Source: Xylographa opegraphella
Lineage: Eukaryota
DNA: 41,990 bases
Direction: 5' to 3'
Assembly: GCA_022813865.1 (NCBI GenBank)
Contig: JALDZX010000004.1
Span: 682,001 to 723,990 of the forward strand
Part shown: piece by piece, positions 10,679 through 22,574 of the stretch
Numbering within the stretch: the first letter of the stretch is position 1
Layout: the number at the start of each line of letters is the position of its first letter
Made by a program: the position numbers and the translations under genes
The notes under the pieces: generated by a model
The model's input: the letters and a program-made list of their open reading frames with translations, nothing else
Database searches by the model: none
What the model was told of the DNA's origin: nothing

Positions 10679-13444
10679 ATGCATATTCTCGTGTGTATAT
10701 CGTTCCTTATGCGCACTTCCTTCTTTCACAACACTGATATTACTTTAAGGTCACAAACGATGACGGTCCACCCTCGCAGCAATCTTCTCCATACGTTCAT
10801 TCACTCGTGAAAACACTCCAAGATGCAGGCCACACCGTCTCCGTCATCCTTCCCCATGTCCAACGCTCGTGGATTGGTAAGGCACACTTCGTCGGACAGT
10901 TGACGAAGCCGACGTACTTTCGCCCTGGCACTCTGCACGAGGATGACGGCACAACCCATGAGCGGCCACTGCCAGAAGGCGCTATGGAGGAGGAGTGGGT
11001 TCTCGTTGATGGTACGCCTGGTACATGTGCCCAATTAGGCCTATACCATTTCTTCCAAGAGCGTGGTCCCATAGATCTTGTGGTTTCTGGCCCTAATTAT
11101 GGCAGAAACTCCACTTCGCTATTCAGCTTGTCTAGCGGAACCATAGGAGGCGCGATGGAGGCTGCTACATGTCGAAAGAAGGCCATCGCGCTGTCGTACG
11201 CCTTTTACTCCCGTGACCATGACCCTGTCCTAATTGCGGGCGCATCACGTCAGTCTGTTAGAATAGTAGAACACTTGTACAACAATTGGGGTGAAGATGT
11301 GGATTTATATTCCATCAACGTCCCTATGATTCAAGGCGTGGAAGATAATAAGGTCATGTACACAAATGTTCTTCAGAATTACTGGTCATCCGGCAGTCCC
11401 TTTCAGGAAGTTGAGGCGGATGAGGAGGAGAAGAATCCCGACGAGCAGGAAAGGGAGATCCGACAACAGCAACATGACGCAGCCGGGAAAACAAGCAGTT
11501 CCGGGCATAAGCATAAATATTTTAAATGGGCTCCCAAGTTCACGGACATACATAAGAGTATAGAAGAGAATCCGCCTGGCAATGACGGCTGGGCGATCAA
11601 GGAAGGGTACACAAGGTGCGCTAAAAACTCCCCAAATCCACGATCAGCTTTTGACTGATACTGTTTTAACAGTGTCACACCTCTCAAGGCAAATTTTATG
11701 CACGCTTCATCGAACATAAAAGGGGAACTGAAGCTGTAAGTTAGCTTTATCACGGACGTATACACGTACACTGTACATAAACCATAGAACGGATCAGGAT
11801 AGAGTTCTTTTGTGTGCACAGTCTTCCTTTCGTCCCTCACGCTGCTTCTATAATGCTGTACATCCTGACTATCTTCTCTACAGACCAAAGCCCATCCCCC
11901 ATCCCAAGCCGCACCCCACCATCCACGCCCTTATCGACTACGAAGGTCCCTACGTGCAGCCGCTTATATTATCTGCCCTTCAAACCCACCTCCCAGCTTC
12001 ATCCTACAATCTCATTGCTTCCGTCTCGGACCTTCCCACTGCCACTTCCCTTGTGTTGCTCATCACATCCTACGAATCCCTCCCCTTTACCCACATCCAC
12101 GCCCATCCAACCAGCGCTTTCGCAAACGCGTATATTATCCGCAAAGCCCTCATACGAAAGCATTACCTGGCCTTCACACTGGACTCATATCTGACCAAGT
12201 ACCCAAGCTCACCATTGAAGCAGCATATCCCAGCCAGCGTGTCCTTTGAGCTCGACTATGCTGAATTCCTGGACGATGCAATTCTGGAGGCATTCGAGCT
12301 GCACGAGTCGTTTGCTCGGAACGACGGCAAGGAGCCTGTGGCCAGGGAGTGGTGGATCCTGAAGCCGAGTATGTCGGATCGCGGGCAAGGCATCCGGCTC
12401 TTTAGCACGGAGAGTGAATTACAAGCCATCTTCGAGGAGTGGGAGACTGAGAACTCGGAGGAGGGATCGGAGGGTGACACGGAGATGGAGGACGAGGGAA
12501 TAGCAGCCGTACGATCCGGTATGACTTCGCTAGCTATTACCGAGTCTCATCCCCCAGAGACGGACATTTCATCGGCTTCTAAAGAGCAAGCGCGGTCTGC
12601 TCCCTACGCTACCAGCAAGACGCCTGGCAACGGCATCATCACGTCCCAGCTTCGTCACTTTGTCGCCCAGCCATACATCGCCCCACTTCTCTTCCCCGAG
12701 CTCGGCAAGCGGAAGTTCCATATCCGAACATATGTCGCCGCCGTGGGTGCGTTGAAAGTGTATGTCTACCGGGAGATGCTGGCGCTGTTCACGGCGATAC
12801 CGTATATCAAACCTGGCGCTGCATCTACAGACCCGGACAACAACGGAGGAGAAGGCCGCTGGGCATCGGAAAACAACCGTACAGGCGGCCAGGCTGATGA
12901 TGAAAGTGAAGCTGAGAAGGATTCGCCCTTCGATATGCGTGCCCACCTCACAAACACCTGCCTCCAAGACGGCACGCGTGAGGGTAGTGTCCTTCGCTTC
13001 TGGGACCTCCCAGCCACTCTTCCTCCCTCCGTCACCCCGCCGGCTTCCTCGAGCTGTGCACCCGCACCCCCGTCCACCGACTGGCGCGCCCACGTCTTCT
13101 CCACCATCTGTGCGTGCACGGCCTCGCTGTTCGAGGCCGCTTCGACGCAACCCACCACTTTCCAGCCGCTGCCTAACGCGTTTGAGGTCTTTGGCATGGA
13201 TTGGATGGTGGATGAGAGGGGCGCGGTGTGGTTGCTCGAGGTGAATGCGTTTCCGGACTTTGGGCAGACGGGAGAGGGGTTGAGGGATGTGGTCAAGGGG
13301 CTGTGGGAGGGGGTGGTCGGAGTCGCCGTGGGAGATTTCTTTGGCGTGGGTGAAAGGGGGGGTGGAGGTGGTGACCAGGAAAAGGTCGGGGACGAGCGGT
13401 GGGGGTTGAGATTGGTGCTGGATCTGGATATGGGGAGAGGGTGA
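10679..13444 (+). CDS. PBY1: SurE nucleotidase + tubulin-tyrosine-ligase-like fusion (Pby1-like)
   Basis: MHIL|VTNDDG (intron 10691-10749), VDGTP and VVSGPNYGRN...SSGT are SurE motifs. Introns ~11616-11672 and 11736-11883 follow, then TTL motifs WILKPSMSDRGQGI, VAQPYI, KFHIRTY, HLTNTCLQ, FEVFGMDW and LLEVNAFPDF. Confidence 0.9.
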
Positions 13445-14097
13445 GCTGGGTGGGAGGGGTCTTCGAATCTGCGAGGAGAAGGGGGTTCAAACGTGGGTGG
13501 GAATTGTGGCTTTGGAAATTAGATTCAGAAGCTACGCGATCGGGACCTCCCACTCTCTTCGCGGACAGACCGTCACTCAGGTAGGGAACTCTGGTGCTGA
13601 CTGCTGCTCCAATATGAAGCATCATACAGTGCACGGCTCGCGTTTGACAAGGTGTGCGGTAGACTACGGTCAACCATTTCCCATCTTTGTTGAACATTAG
13701 CCAGCCGGTGACGCAACCCACCCCACGTCCTTTGCTCAGGAGCTTTTGCGGCCCACGGGTAGGTACTCCAGCGAGTTGTTCCCTTGTCAAAGCAGACAGG
13801 CTCGTCTCACCGTGAACAGATGGGCGAGCCAAGGCATGGAATGATCGGGCAACTTGCGAGCTGCCCACCAGCATGGAGGTGCATGGCCATACCGTGCCCA
13901 GCACAGTACATTGCAGACAGAGAGCTCGGCGGTGGGGTCGATCGATGGTCAAGGAATGGGTGAATGTACAGGCAAGGGCAGTGCCAGGACCGAGAAAGCC
14001 TTTGTGTCTGTGACCGAGGAGATGCTACCATCCACCGGGACAGGCGTTTCAGACACGGGGAAGGCGCGAAACATTCGCATCGCGTTACGGCTCTGCA

Positions 14098-14167
14098 CGA
14101 CTCGGCGCGACTCGGCGCGACTCGGCGCGACTCGGCGCGACTCGGCGCGACGCTTCGCGACTCGGCA
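14098..14167. repeat. tandem decamer (CTCGGCGCGA)x5 plus degenerate copies
   Basis: Directly visible at 14101-14150, with partial copies on both sides. Confidence 0.95.
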
Positions 14168-14440
14168 GTGTCGCGACGCCAAAGGAAGCCGCGCGCGTGC
14201 AAAAGCTGGTCTACCACAGTAGTCCTACTTCCCCGCCCAAGGTCCACGATAGGCTTCGTGTGAAACGTGCATCGCGAAAGCTTTTGGGCACCGCCTCGAT
14301 GATTGTTGGAATTCTTTCTGGTTGCAGAGGATGGATATTGTCTCTGCGGTTGGCAGCCAATAGCAGCATCTCTATTACCGCAAGCACCAACCTATTCTAT
14401 AGAGACCAGCATCTTCTCTCTGCCATCGTCCAAGTCCCCT

Positions 14441-15218
14441 ATGGCCCTGTAAGCCCGAAGCCTCCCTCTCGATCCACCACTCCGATATGGACTTGGGGCC
14501 GCGTCCTTTGGCACGGAGAGCGAGGTGGCTATTTTTCAAAATCACTGGGCTTCTCACTCACTCGTCGCTCGCGCTCTGCTCGACCTACCCTGCAACGTCC
14601 TTGGCCGGTAGCTGTGAGCAGGTACAGTAGTTGTCCCTTTGTGCGAGCTGCGTATCGGCGTCGATTTTCTCTACCTTCATTATAGGCAGCTGCAGCAAGA
14701 TCCACGAGCTCCTCCTCCTCTTCTTCTTCCTCTTCTTTTTCTTTTTCTTCTTTTTCTTCCAGCGTGACCACCTCACAAAGAACACCTTTATCCCCCCTAA
14801 CAACCACCCACTCCTTATCCCTCACAAAGCAATTGTACCCCCTTCCCCCCCTTTCCCTATTGTCCCCGTTCCCCCCCTCCCGCATATATCCCCCTCCCCT
14901 TCCTACCCGCCCTCCTTCCCTCCCAATTCGCAAAAGCCCCCCCNCTTACCCAAACCTCCTTACCCATCACACCCACCTACCTACCCACCCCATCCCCACC
15001 CAACCACCCCAACCATACCCCTCAGAGACATGCTCCTCTCCCTCCGCCTGCTGGCCCACAAGCTGCTGCGCACCGGCAGCGAGGTCAGCCTCGTCAACTG
15101 CCGCGACCTCGGCTGCCACACCTGCTTCGCGCGCGAGCGGGAGCGAGAGCGGCGCCGCAGCGGGCGGGGGAATAGGTTGCGGAAGCGGAAGCGGAGAAGG
15201 GGGACGGGGACCGAGTGA
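14441..15218 (+). CDS. candidate spliced microprotein (62-90 aa) with C-x4-C-H-x-C motif and Arg/Lys-rich tail
   Basis: Exons 14441-14448 (ATGGCCCT|GTAAGC), 14763-14834 and 15026-15218 have consistent phase-2 junctions. The last exon has near-exclusive G/C third positions. Internal ATG at 15030. Confidence 0.6.
14709..14760. repeat. polypyrimidine (CTC/CTT/T) low-complexity tract ending in a CAG acceptor
   Basis: About 50 nt of uninterrupted pyrimidines directly before the AG at 14761-14762. Confidence 0.85.
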
Positions 15219-15727
15219 AGGGAGGGGGAGAACGTGGTGAGTTTTTCGGACTGGTGTTTTTTAATACTGTTTTTTCTTTTTTGCTTTTTTTCTGGGAATG
15301 GGGGAAAGGTGAGGGAAAGGATTGTGCGGATAGGATTGGCGTCGTATTGGTTGCGTAAGGCTAGGATAATAAAAACGTCTGGTTTTCTGGTCTTCGACAG
15401 ATAGTGTGAAATGGCGGGGCGTTGGATCTGGGCATTTGTCGGCTGCAGGGAGTGGTGGACGGGCTCCCCAGCCAGCGCAAGGCCATGAGCGTACAAAGCA
15501 CATGTTTAGCAGTGAGCTCGAGCCGGCAGAGACATATATCGGTTCTGGAAAATTGATAGAAAATAGTTCCTTCCATCCATCATTGTTTTCGATCCTCACA
15601 CTCATGGCGAAATGGGCATGTGATAAAAGTATTGATAGCTATCGCCTATTCGTGTCAAGCCGCCTCGACGCCTGAGTAAAACTAACCCTACTGTACCCAG
15701 AAAAGGACTCCCTACCCCCGTGGCCAC

Positions 15728-17145
15728 CTACATCAGGCCGGCCCGCTCCAACACGTGGGCTTGCTGCATCTCGGGTATCTGCGAGATGTACTGCCTCGCA
15801 TGGTTCGCGTCAAAGCGCCAGATGCCGCCCGTCTTCTCCGCCTCGATTTTCTCGCCGATCGGCTTCGCGAGCCTGTCGAAGAGAGGGTCGTTTTGCTGTT
15901 TGACGAAGAACCACCGTTGCCATTCCACGCCTTTGGCCGCTTCTTTTTTGCGCATGTCACGCTGTTCGTTTTCTATCAGGCTCTTTTCGTGGTTGGTCGT
16001 GTCCATGTCTCCCTTTCGGATAGCCTGGACGACAGGAGCCCATCGGCGCTTCGCCTCCCAGACGCTGAGATGCTCTGGAGATGGGTATTGCAACGGTGTT
16101 ATAGCTTCGGGGTGGATGGAGTCGGCGCCTGCCCCGGACTTCTTGCTTCCCTTGTACATAGTGAAGCTGTTGCTCCACTGACCTTCTACCGAATACAGCG
16201 ATTCTTTCTCTCTCCCTTCTTGATACATGGTTGCCGTAAAGCTGTTCTTCTTTCCGCCAATCCAACCTTTGCCCGAATAATCGATTTTCGAGATGTAGCC
16301 GGTTGAGGAAACGATATAAGTTTTGTCGTTGAGTTCGACGAACGGGGTACCATAAATGAGTCCTTCGATATGAAGGGCTGGGATAGTGATCAGGTAGTCT
16401 TCATCAAATTTATCGAGACGGAGGAGCGCATGTCCGATTTGCTTGACGTGGATGGTGCGAGAGAACGAGGCTTTTTGAGCGTTGTAACCTTGCAGCTATG
16501 CATAATTAGCATGAACATGGTTTGACGTTGAAAGAGGAGCAGTTCTCGACATACCGTAATTCCATACTTCTCATTCCTGATGCAGTAGGCGGTGACAGGC
16601 GGATGATGGCTGGCGATCGATTAGGATCCTGCACGAGGCTCGATCTGAGTATACTTGCCTGACCTGCTCCGACACCAGTGTGGTCACCCCTGTCTCCCAA
16701 TCATCTTTCGCATCTTTGGCAGGTTTGACCAATACACTAGGCCACTGCCCAATATGAAGCTCCCCAAGAAACGGATTCAACGGCTTCTTCTCATTGCCCT
16801 CGCTATCGCTTCTGCTGCAATACTGCTGCTTCAAGGTGGTCAAGAACCATCTCAAGACCAGTTTCGCTCGCTCCTCTGGGGTTGTTCCCCTAGCAGGTGA
16901 GACAAAACTCGCTGGGTTTTCTGCCCAGTAACCCGAGAATTCAGTGAGGGAAATGGTGCCGAGTATGAAAGGCGGGGCAGTCAAGGAAGCAAGGTCGCCA
17001 TTGAACGAAGCTATTGACTTGGTAAATTTCAGCATTGTTCCGACAAGGATGGAGGGAGGTTTAAGGGTCTCACTCGGAGGAACGACGACCAGGAGCCTTT
17101 GTTCGCCGGAGAGACACCGGCGCCCTCGTCCTTTGACGACGACAT
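15728..17145 (-). CDS. oxysterol-binding protein, Kes1/Osh4-like
   Basis: MSSSKDEG...[37 protein letters not shown], and the OSBP fingerprint EQVS|HHPP. Introns 17018-17073, 16610-16658 (GC-AG) and ~16496-16554. Confidence 0.93.
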
Positions 17146-17501
17146 AATAGCACAAAAGCGACCGTGTTGAAATGGAGAGAGTTGAATGTCAGAAGAGGAA
17201 AAGGAAGTCGAGTCGTTTTACGTGCACACGAGGGATGTGGTCTTACGAAGGTTGACTCTGGCAGGTGTCTGCTTCTCATGTGGTTCGCCCAAACGCAATC
17301 TGGTGGGGGGCTTTCGCCTCTGCAAAGCGTCATCGCGGGACAGCTCCCGTTTCTGGGCAGGTTCCAACCTTGATTCAGCCTTACATCCCGACGACGATGT
17401 TGACATCACTGACACGGTCACTCATCACCATTGCATCTTCGTTTACGGAGTACGGATTGTCTGATAGTGTATACATCATTTATTTATGGATTAGAGCAAG
17501 G

Positions 17502-19142
17502 TCATCTATTCCAAACCTTCCCGCCTTCCTTCTTCTTATTCCAAGGGTCGCTGTGCAGGGCCCAGCCCCTCGCTCGCTTTGCCTCCCTCTTCTCTCCCAT
17601 TTGGGGGTTTGGGATCCCCTCGTCTTTCTCTTCCATTACATGCATCCTGGTCATCTCTGCCGGCGCTCCCACGTTCAACTTCCAACCGCTCTGTCCCGGC
17701 AGAGGGTCGTCCTTCGCCAGCATGTGTAGATACCACAGCGCCAGACAGGCCGTCAGCCCTTCCTGCGTCCTCAGCTCGATGGTCGGCGCAAGGTCCAACG
17801 CTCCGAAATACGGCCTGTCGTTCTCGTCCGTCGTCGCGCGTACGCAGACAAGCTCGGTCTCCGTCATGATCCACCCATAGCGGCATTTGTGCTCTCGCAT
17901 ACACCATTGCAGGTGCGCGAGCCCCTTGAGATACAAGATTTTCCTGTGAGGAGCTTCGAGGCGCATCCCGGTGTTCCACCGCTCGTAGGACTTGACCAAG
18001 CCAACGACACGACCAAGTCCGTTGCCTTGCAATGTCTTCTCTTTATCGTCTTGATAATTAGAAATGAAATGGGGGCCCTCACGTTGATTCACCATGCGCA
18101 TTGCCACATAGCGAAAGGCGTTGATGGTAATCTTTGAGGCCGCGTTGATTTTGAGCATATAAAAGTCGTGAACAATCTTAATAAGCTCGCTTTCGGAGAC
18201 TGGATGAAGTCTCTGCTGCGTGATAAAAGGTTTTGGAAATGCGGTCGCGTTTACTGGTAAACTCAGAAAATTAGGAAAGGAAGGTATCTCCAGGATACTT
18301 TCTAGATTGAAGTCCTCCCAGCAGAGTAAGTTTCGAATGTCCCACCAGAAATGCTGATGGACGCCACGCCCCTGAACGTCGCTCACTTGGCGAACAATGC
18401 TGGGTTGGGGATTTGGGGCACGCATGTATTCGTTCAGTGTCATTGTTGCCTCGTCCGGTGCCCCAACTTGTAGCTCTTCTGGAAGGTCGTACGGCAGATG
18501 GCTGTACCTCAATACAGGTGACGGAGGCACATAAATAGAAGATCCCGGCAAAACAGACGGACTGTAGTATCCACCGCTGACATAACTTGGTTGACCACGG
18601 TATGGATACCCGTATCTGCCCAGGGTGGCGTCGTCAATACTTCCAGCAGAGATGGATCTTGAATGACCCAGATTCCGCCGCAACGACGGTGTTATAGTGA
18701 TCGGTGACGCAATTGCAGAGTTCACACCGGAGCTCAAGCCAGATCCGAGTGTTGAGGTTGCGGAAAGAGGCGAGATGAGAGATATGCATTCGGGAGGGCT
18801 GGTAGAGCTCCGATACGGAACTGGTCGTGCTGACTTCGTACGAGTAGGTGGGGCAGCTACCTGCGATACTGCCCTGCGGTGAAGCTTGGAGGTTTGATAC
18901 AAAGGTTCGAAATACTGATCCTGTGTCCGTATTTTGGGAAGTAGTGTAGGTCCAAGTTGTTGTTGGACAGGAGATCGGTCGCGGGGAGTCCGGGCATGGT
19001 TGTCAACCGATTCCGGTGATGATTCGAAGGTACAGATAGAGGCACCTGAGACATTTCGACTGTGGCTGCTGCCACCAACTAGACCTGGAAGGTCTGCTGC
19101 TGGAGGCGTAGCTGGCTGGTATGAGTACGGTGTGAGGGGCAT
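17502..19142 (-). CDS. conserved fungal hypothetical protein: Ser/Pro-rich N-half and globular C-terminal domain
   Basis: Long intronless ORF (ATG at 19142) with HFWWDIRN, RVVGLVKS, CRYGWIMTETELVCVR and LALWYLHML segments. Confidence 0.85.
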   Translation of the reverse strand: MPLTPYSYQPATPPAADLPGLVGGSSHSRNVSGASICTFESSPESVDNHARTPRDRSPVQQQLGPTLLPKIRTQDQYFEPLYQTSKLHRRAVSQVAAPPTRTKSARPVPYRSSTSPPECISLISPLSATSTLGSGLSSGVNSAIASPITITPSLRRNLGHSRSISAGSIDDATLGRYGYPYRGQPSYVSGGYYSPSVLPGSSIYVPPSPVLRYSHLPYDLPEELQVGAPDEATMTLNEYMRAPNPQPSIVRQVSDVQGRGVHQHFWWDIRNLLCWEDFNLESILEIPSFPNFLSLPVNATAFPKPFITQQRLHPVSESELIKIVHDFYMLKINAASKITINAFRYVAMRMVNQREGPHFISNYQDDKEKTLQGNGLGRVVGLVKSYERWNTGMRLEAPHRKILYLKGLAHLQWCMREHKCRYGWIMTETELVCVRATTDENDRPYFGALDLAPTIELRTQEGLTACLALWYLHMLAKDDPLPGQSGWKLNVGAPAEMTRMHVMEEKDEGIPNPQMGEKREAKRARGWALHSDPWNKKKEGGKVWNR

Positions 19143-20720
19143 AATGGCCAAGCTGAGCCTGGGCTAACTAGGACGGCGCACATTTAGCTTCAGCAACTTC
19201 ACCCAATGGACAAGAGATTGTCTAACCTGATAAAGGGAGGGTATGAAGCTCTAGATAAGGTATTAGATTGGGAGACCAGCTCCAGTGATTAGTCTATGGC
19301 AAGTGATAGTAGGAAAGAGAAAGGAGATTCGTACAGAACACTATAGGTTCAGGTCATTCCGAGATATATTGAGAAGCACAACGGGGAGAGAAAACACGGC
19401 GATGACGGCCATACTTATCCTCCACGAACACCCGGGTGGTGAAGAGGATAACCTGAAACATCAACACGGGTCTGACAAGAAGCTTCACTCAAAGTGTACA
19501 TGAAACGCAGACAAGAGGGCAGACTAGACAGGGTAGATGGCGATCAAGAGACTCGGAAAGGCTAGTAAAGATGTGAAGCTTCCCAGAAGGGTCTCAGATA
19601 TCGCGCGTCAACGCGGAGCTGGTCCGAAGCGAATGCTATTTTCGGCGGTCTGTAGCGGGCGTTTCTACGAAACTGGCCGGGCGGTACTCCGTAGGGCAGT
19701 GAATTGTGTCGATGTGGCCAAAAAGGACTCTGTCGGACACGGGGATCGGATCTCAGACACGGTCTGGCAGTGTACATACGGCGACTACAATGTTGGGCCT
19801 AAGCTTCGTCTCATCTTGGCAGGCGCCCGGCCACATTGCCAGGTCATGGCCGGAACCACAGCATACGGGCACGCGAAGTCGACTGTTTCGACGTGAGGGA
19901 GGCGCGTGGAGAAGTTTGTTGAAGGCGAGGAGGATGGTGTTGAGCTACGGCGCGGCGCGTACAGCGTCCAAAATAGCTCCCGGTCCCGTGATTGGTTTTG
20001 CCGAGAGACGACGACTAGGCTCTACGTACTCTAGTGTAATGCTAAGGGCTGCCTACGGCTGAAAATAGATAAGCTCCCTGCAGGACCTGGATGACGTCGA
20101 AACAGATCTCTCGGTGAGTCATCCCATCGGCACGCTCCCATTGGCCCGTCGCCCTCATCCTCCAGCGCAACTACAAACATCGTCGTATTACCTTGGGTAG
20201 GATAATGTACCTACCGTACCTTACTCAACGTGCGAAAGGGACGCGCTCGTTGATACCAGCCACGTCCCACGTACGTCCCGTCTCTACACGTCCAGCGCGT
20301 TCCTTGTAAGCGGCATTGTCAACTTTGCGGTCTGTTCCCTCAATGCACGTGTTTGCATTTCATGCTACATGTGAAAGAGGCGAGGATGTTGTTCTGAACT
20401 TCCCCACAGTATTGTTGTCATGCTATCTCGTTGTATCTGGTTGTTGATCATAAGCATAAGGGAGACTCCTGGCTGAAGCAACTTATGTAACATTGCAATC
20501 GCAAGATTATTACTTGATCAGCAATGCAACGTCTCTCATTGGCGCACTGCTGGAGGTTGTGGGTGATGAAGATTCTGTGCAACCTGGTAAGCCAGCATCG
20601 GTACGGTGATAGCAGATAGTGAGAAATATGTCTCGATATGCATGAAATACTCGCTATATATTGCAATGCTGACGTTACTCTACCTCTCGATCACTTTTGA
20701 GGACTTGTGAGCTGCATAAG

Positions 20721-22358
20721 TTATCCCGTCGTTGCTTCCACATTCAATGCCCACCATTCTTTCCATTTGACAACTCGCTTGGTCAGTCTTGCCTCTTCTG
20801 CGGCGAACACCATGGCATGACTTCTGATGACGTCTTCCAGGCTGCATCCGACATGTACTTGTTGTGCTTCGGCCACGTTCATATGTCCGCCCCTAACAGC
20901 GCTTACGGCCTTGACGAACTGTTGAACAAGTCCTGCGTCGCCTCCTCCGTGGCCTCCTCCGGGCTGGGGAGGGTAATATACTTTTGCCTCACGAGTCGCA
21001 AAGTCGTAGACCCGGATCATTTTGCTATCATACTCAATCTCTCCTTGTGAACCATATATCCTGCCCCTTCTCTCACATTGTTTCTCGGTGAAAGCTATCA
21101 TGTGAATGGATGCGGTCTTCGATCCCCTGCTTCTGCTGGATGAAATGCCATCTTTGTAGATAGATTCCTCCTCCCAAGTCATGGTCACCAGTTGGTCATC
21201 GCAAACGTCATTATTCGACTGCCACACGCATCTACCAAACCATGGACGGACATCAATATCCTCTTGCGGTGTAGCATCGTCGTAGTCCTCTGCTAGACGT
21301 TTCAGAAGCTTTGTCTCGGCGAAAGGCATCCCCTGGGTGACCAAGCAGTCTTCAATCTCTGCATCCACCACATTTACGGGCCACCCTGTCAACCCTCTAG
21401 CTAAGTGGTGTTCATCATAGATCTTCTTGGCACTGTAAATGCACTTATCCTCAATGGGGCACGAAAGACAATTAGTTGCTTCTTTTGCTCCTGGCGGCTT
21501 CCTGGATTTCGTAAAGAATGAAAGATGTCCGGCAGACGAAACATACGCCGGTAGATGTGGAGGATCCTTGGATGAGATCGGGGTGGAGCAGAGTAGCCAA
21601 AGAACAAGGTCAATATCGTGACATGACTTCGTCAGCAAGGATGGCGCTGTCGTCGATTCCTTCCGCCAATTGCCCCTGCATTCGATCAGTTTTGCGATTC
21701 ATCACAAAACCACCACCTACCGGACGTAGCTGTGAGAGAAATGCCACCAGCCAACAGGCTCTGTGTGTTCAATAGATATCACGTCCCCGATGACCCCATC
21801 TTCCACGAGTAGCTTCCTGAGTAGCATATTATGAGGGCTGTATCTCAAAACATGGCCAATCGAGAACACGGCTCGCGGCTGTTCTAAGCTCGGAGTCTTC
21901 AGCGAGCGGTAGATAGCCAGACAATCATTCAGTGTGGTCGCCAGAGGCTTTTCACTCATCATGTGCATGCCCAGAGGGGCCAGTGCCGTGATGATCTCCA
22001 CATGGGTTTCATCGAGCGTGCACACAAAGAAACCATCGTAGCCTGGTAATGCTGTCTCACTTTCCCCGGCTTCAACTCGTTTTCTACGACTGATTTCATA
22101 CTTGAGAAAGGCTTTCCAGTCTTCAAACTCTTGGCCATGCTGTCTGTCACCATCGTGCCAGATATACTTCTTACCTAGAACTTCGCGCTTGAAGGGGATG
22201 GGTTCCGCGACCGCTGCTATAATTGCCGTCGTAGATGAGGTTACCGCATTGGCGTAGGCATTGCCCCGAGATCCGGCTCCTATGATGACGAGGCGTATGG
22301 GATGCCTTTTCGACAGGAGCTCAGCTTCGTCTGTCTCGTTCAAAATTTGATTCACCAT
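20721..22358 (-). CDS. Gfo/Idh/MocA-family NAD(P)-binding oxidoreductase (StrI-like)
   Basis: IIGAGSRG Rossmann motif, SEKPLA, IGHVLRYSP, HSYVR|GNW (intron 21676-21720), LLTKSCHDID and GHGGGD. Confidence 0.92.
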
Positions 22359-22574
22359 GTCTACGATTTAGCGTTCTATAATTGGTGATGTTCATGAGAA
22401 ACGCAGGAATCGGAAAGTTGTGCCATTTCATGCACGTTGGCCCGTTCCTCTCGTTCACACCACCACCACCTCTGAAACAAGGGTTAGTTCCGACCTGTTT
22501 GGACAGCTTAAAGCTGATCTGGAGACTTCAGACCAAAAATAGTAAATCGCTCACCCCGTTCAGGATTTTTCTCA

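Noticed and set aside
13807..14263. ORFs with RAESRRVAPS/ARLGATRRDS repeats on both strands
   Set aside because: These are artefacts of the stop-free GC-rich decamer repeat.
14529..14933. Poly-Glu, poly-Lys and poly-Phe ORFs
   Set aside because: These are translations of the polypyrimidine tract and low-complexity intron sequence.
15681..15691. ACTAACCCTAC as a telomerase RNA template within the 13.5-15.7 kb non-coding stretch
   Set aside because: It does not complete TAACCCTAA and lies in the OSH4-like 3' region with no room downstream. The gap is better explained by the spliced small gene.
20560..20675. TGATGA...CTGA as a box C/D snoRNA (also ~10226)
   Set aside because: No terminal stem or recognisable rRNA guide, and motifs this short occur by chance.
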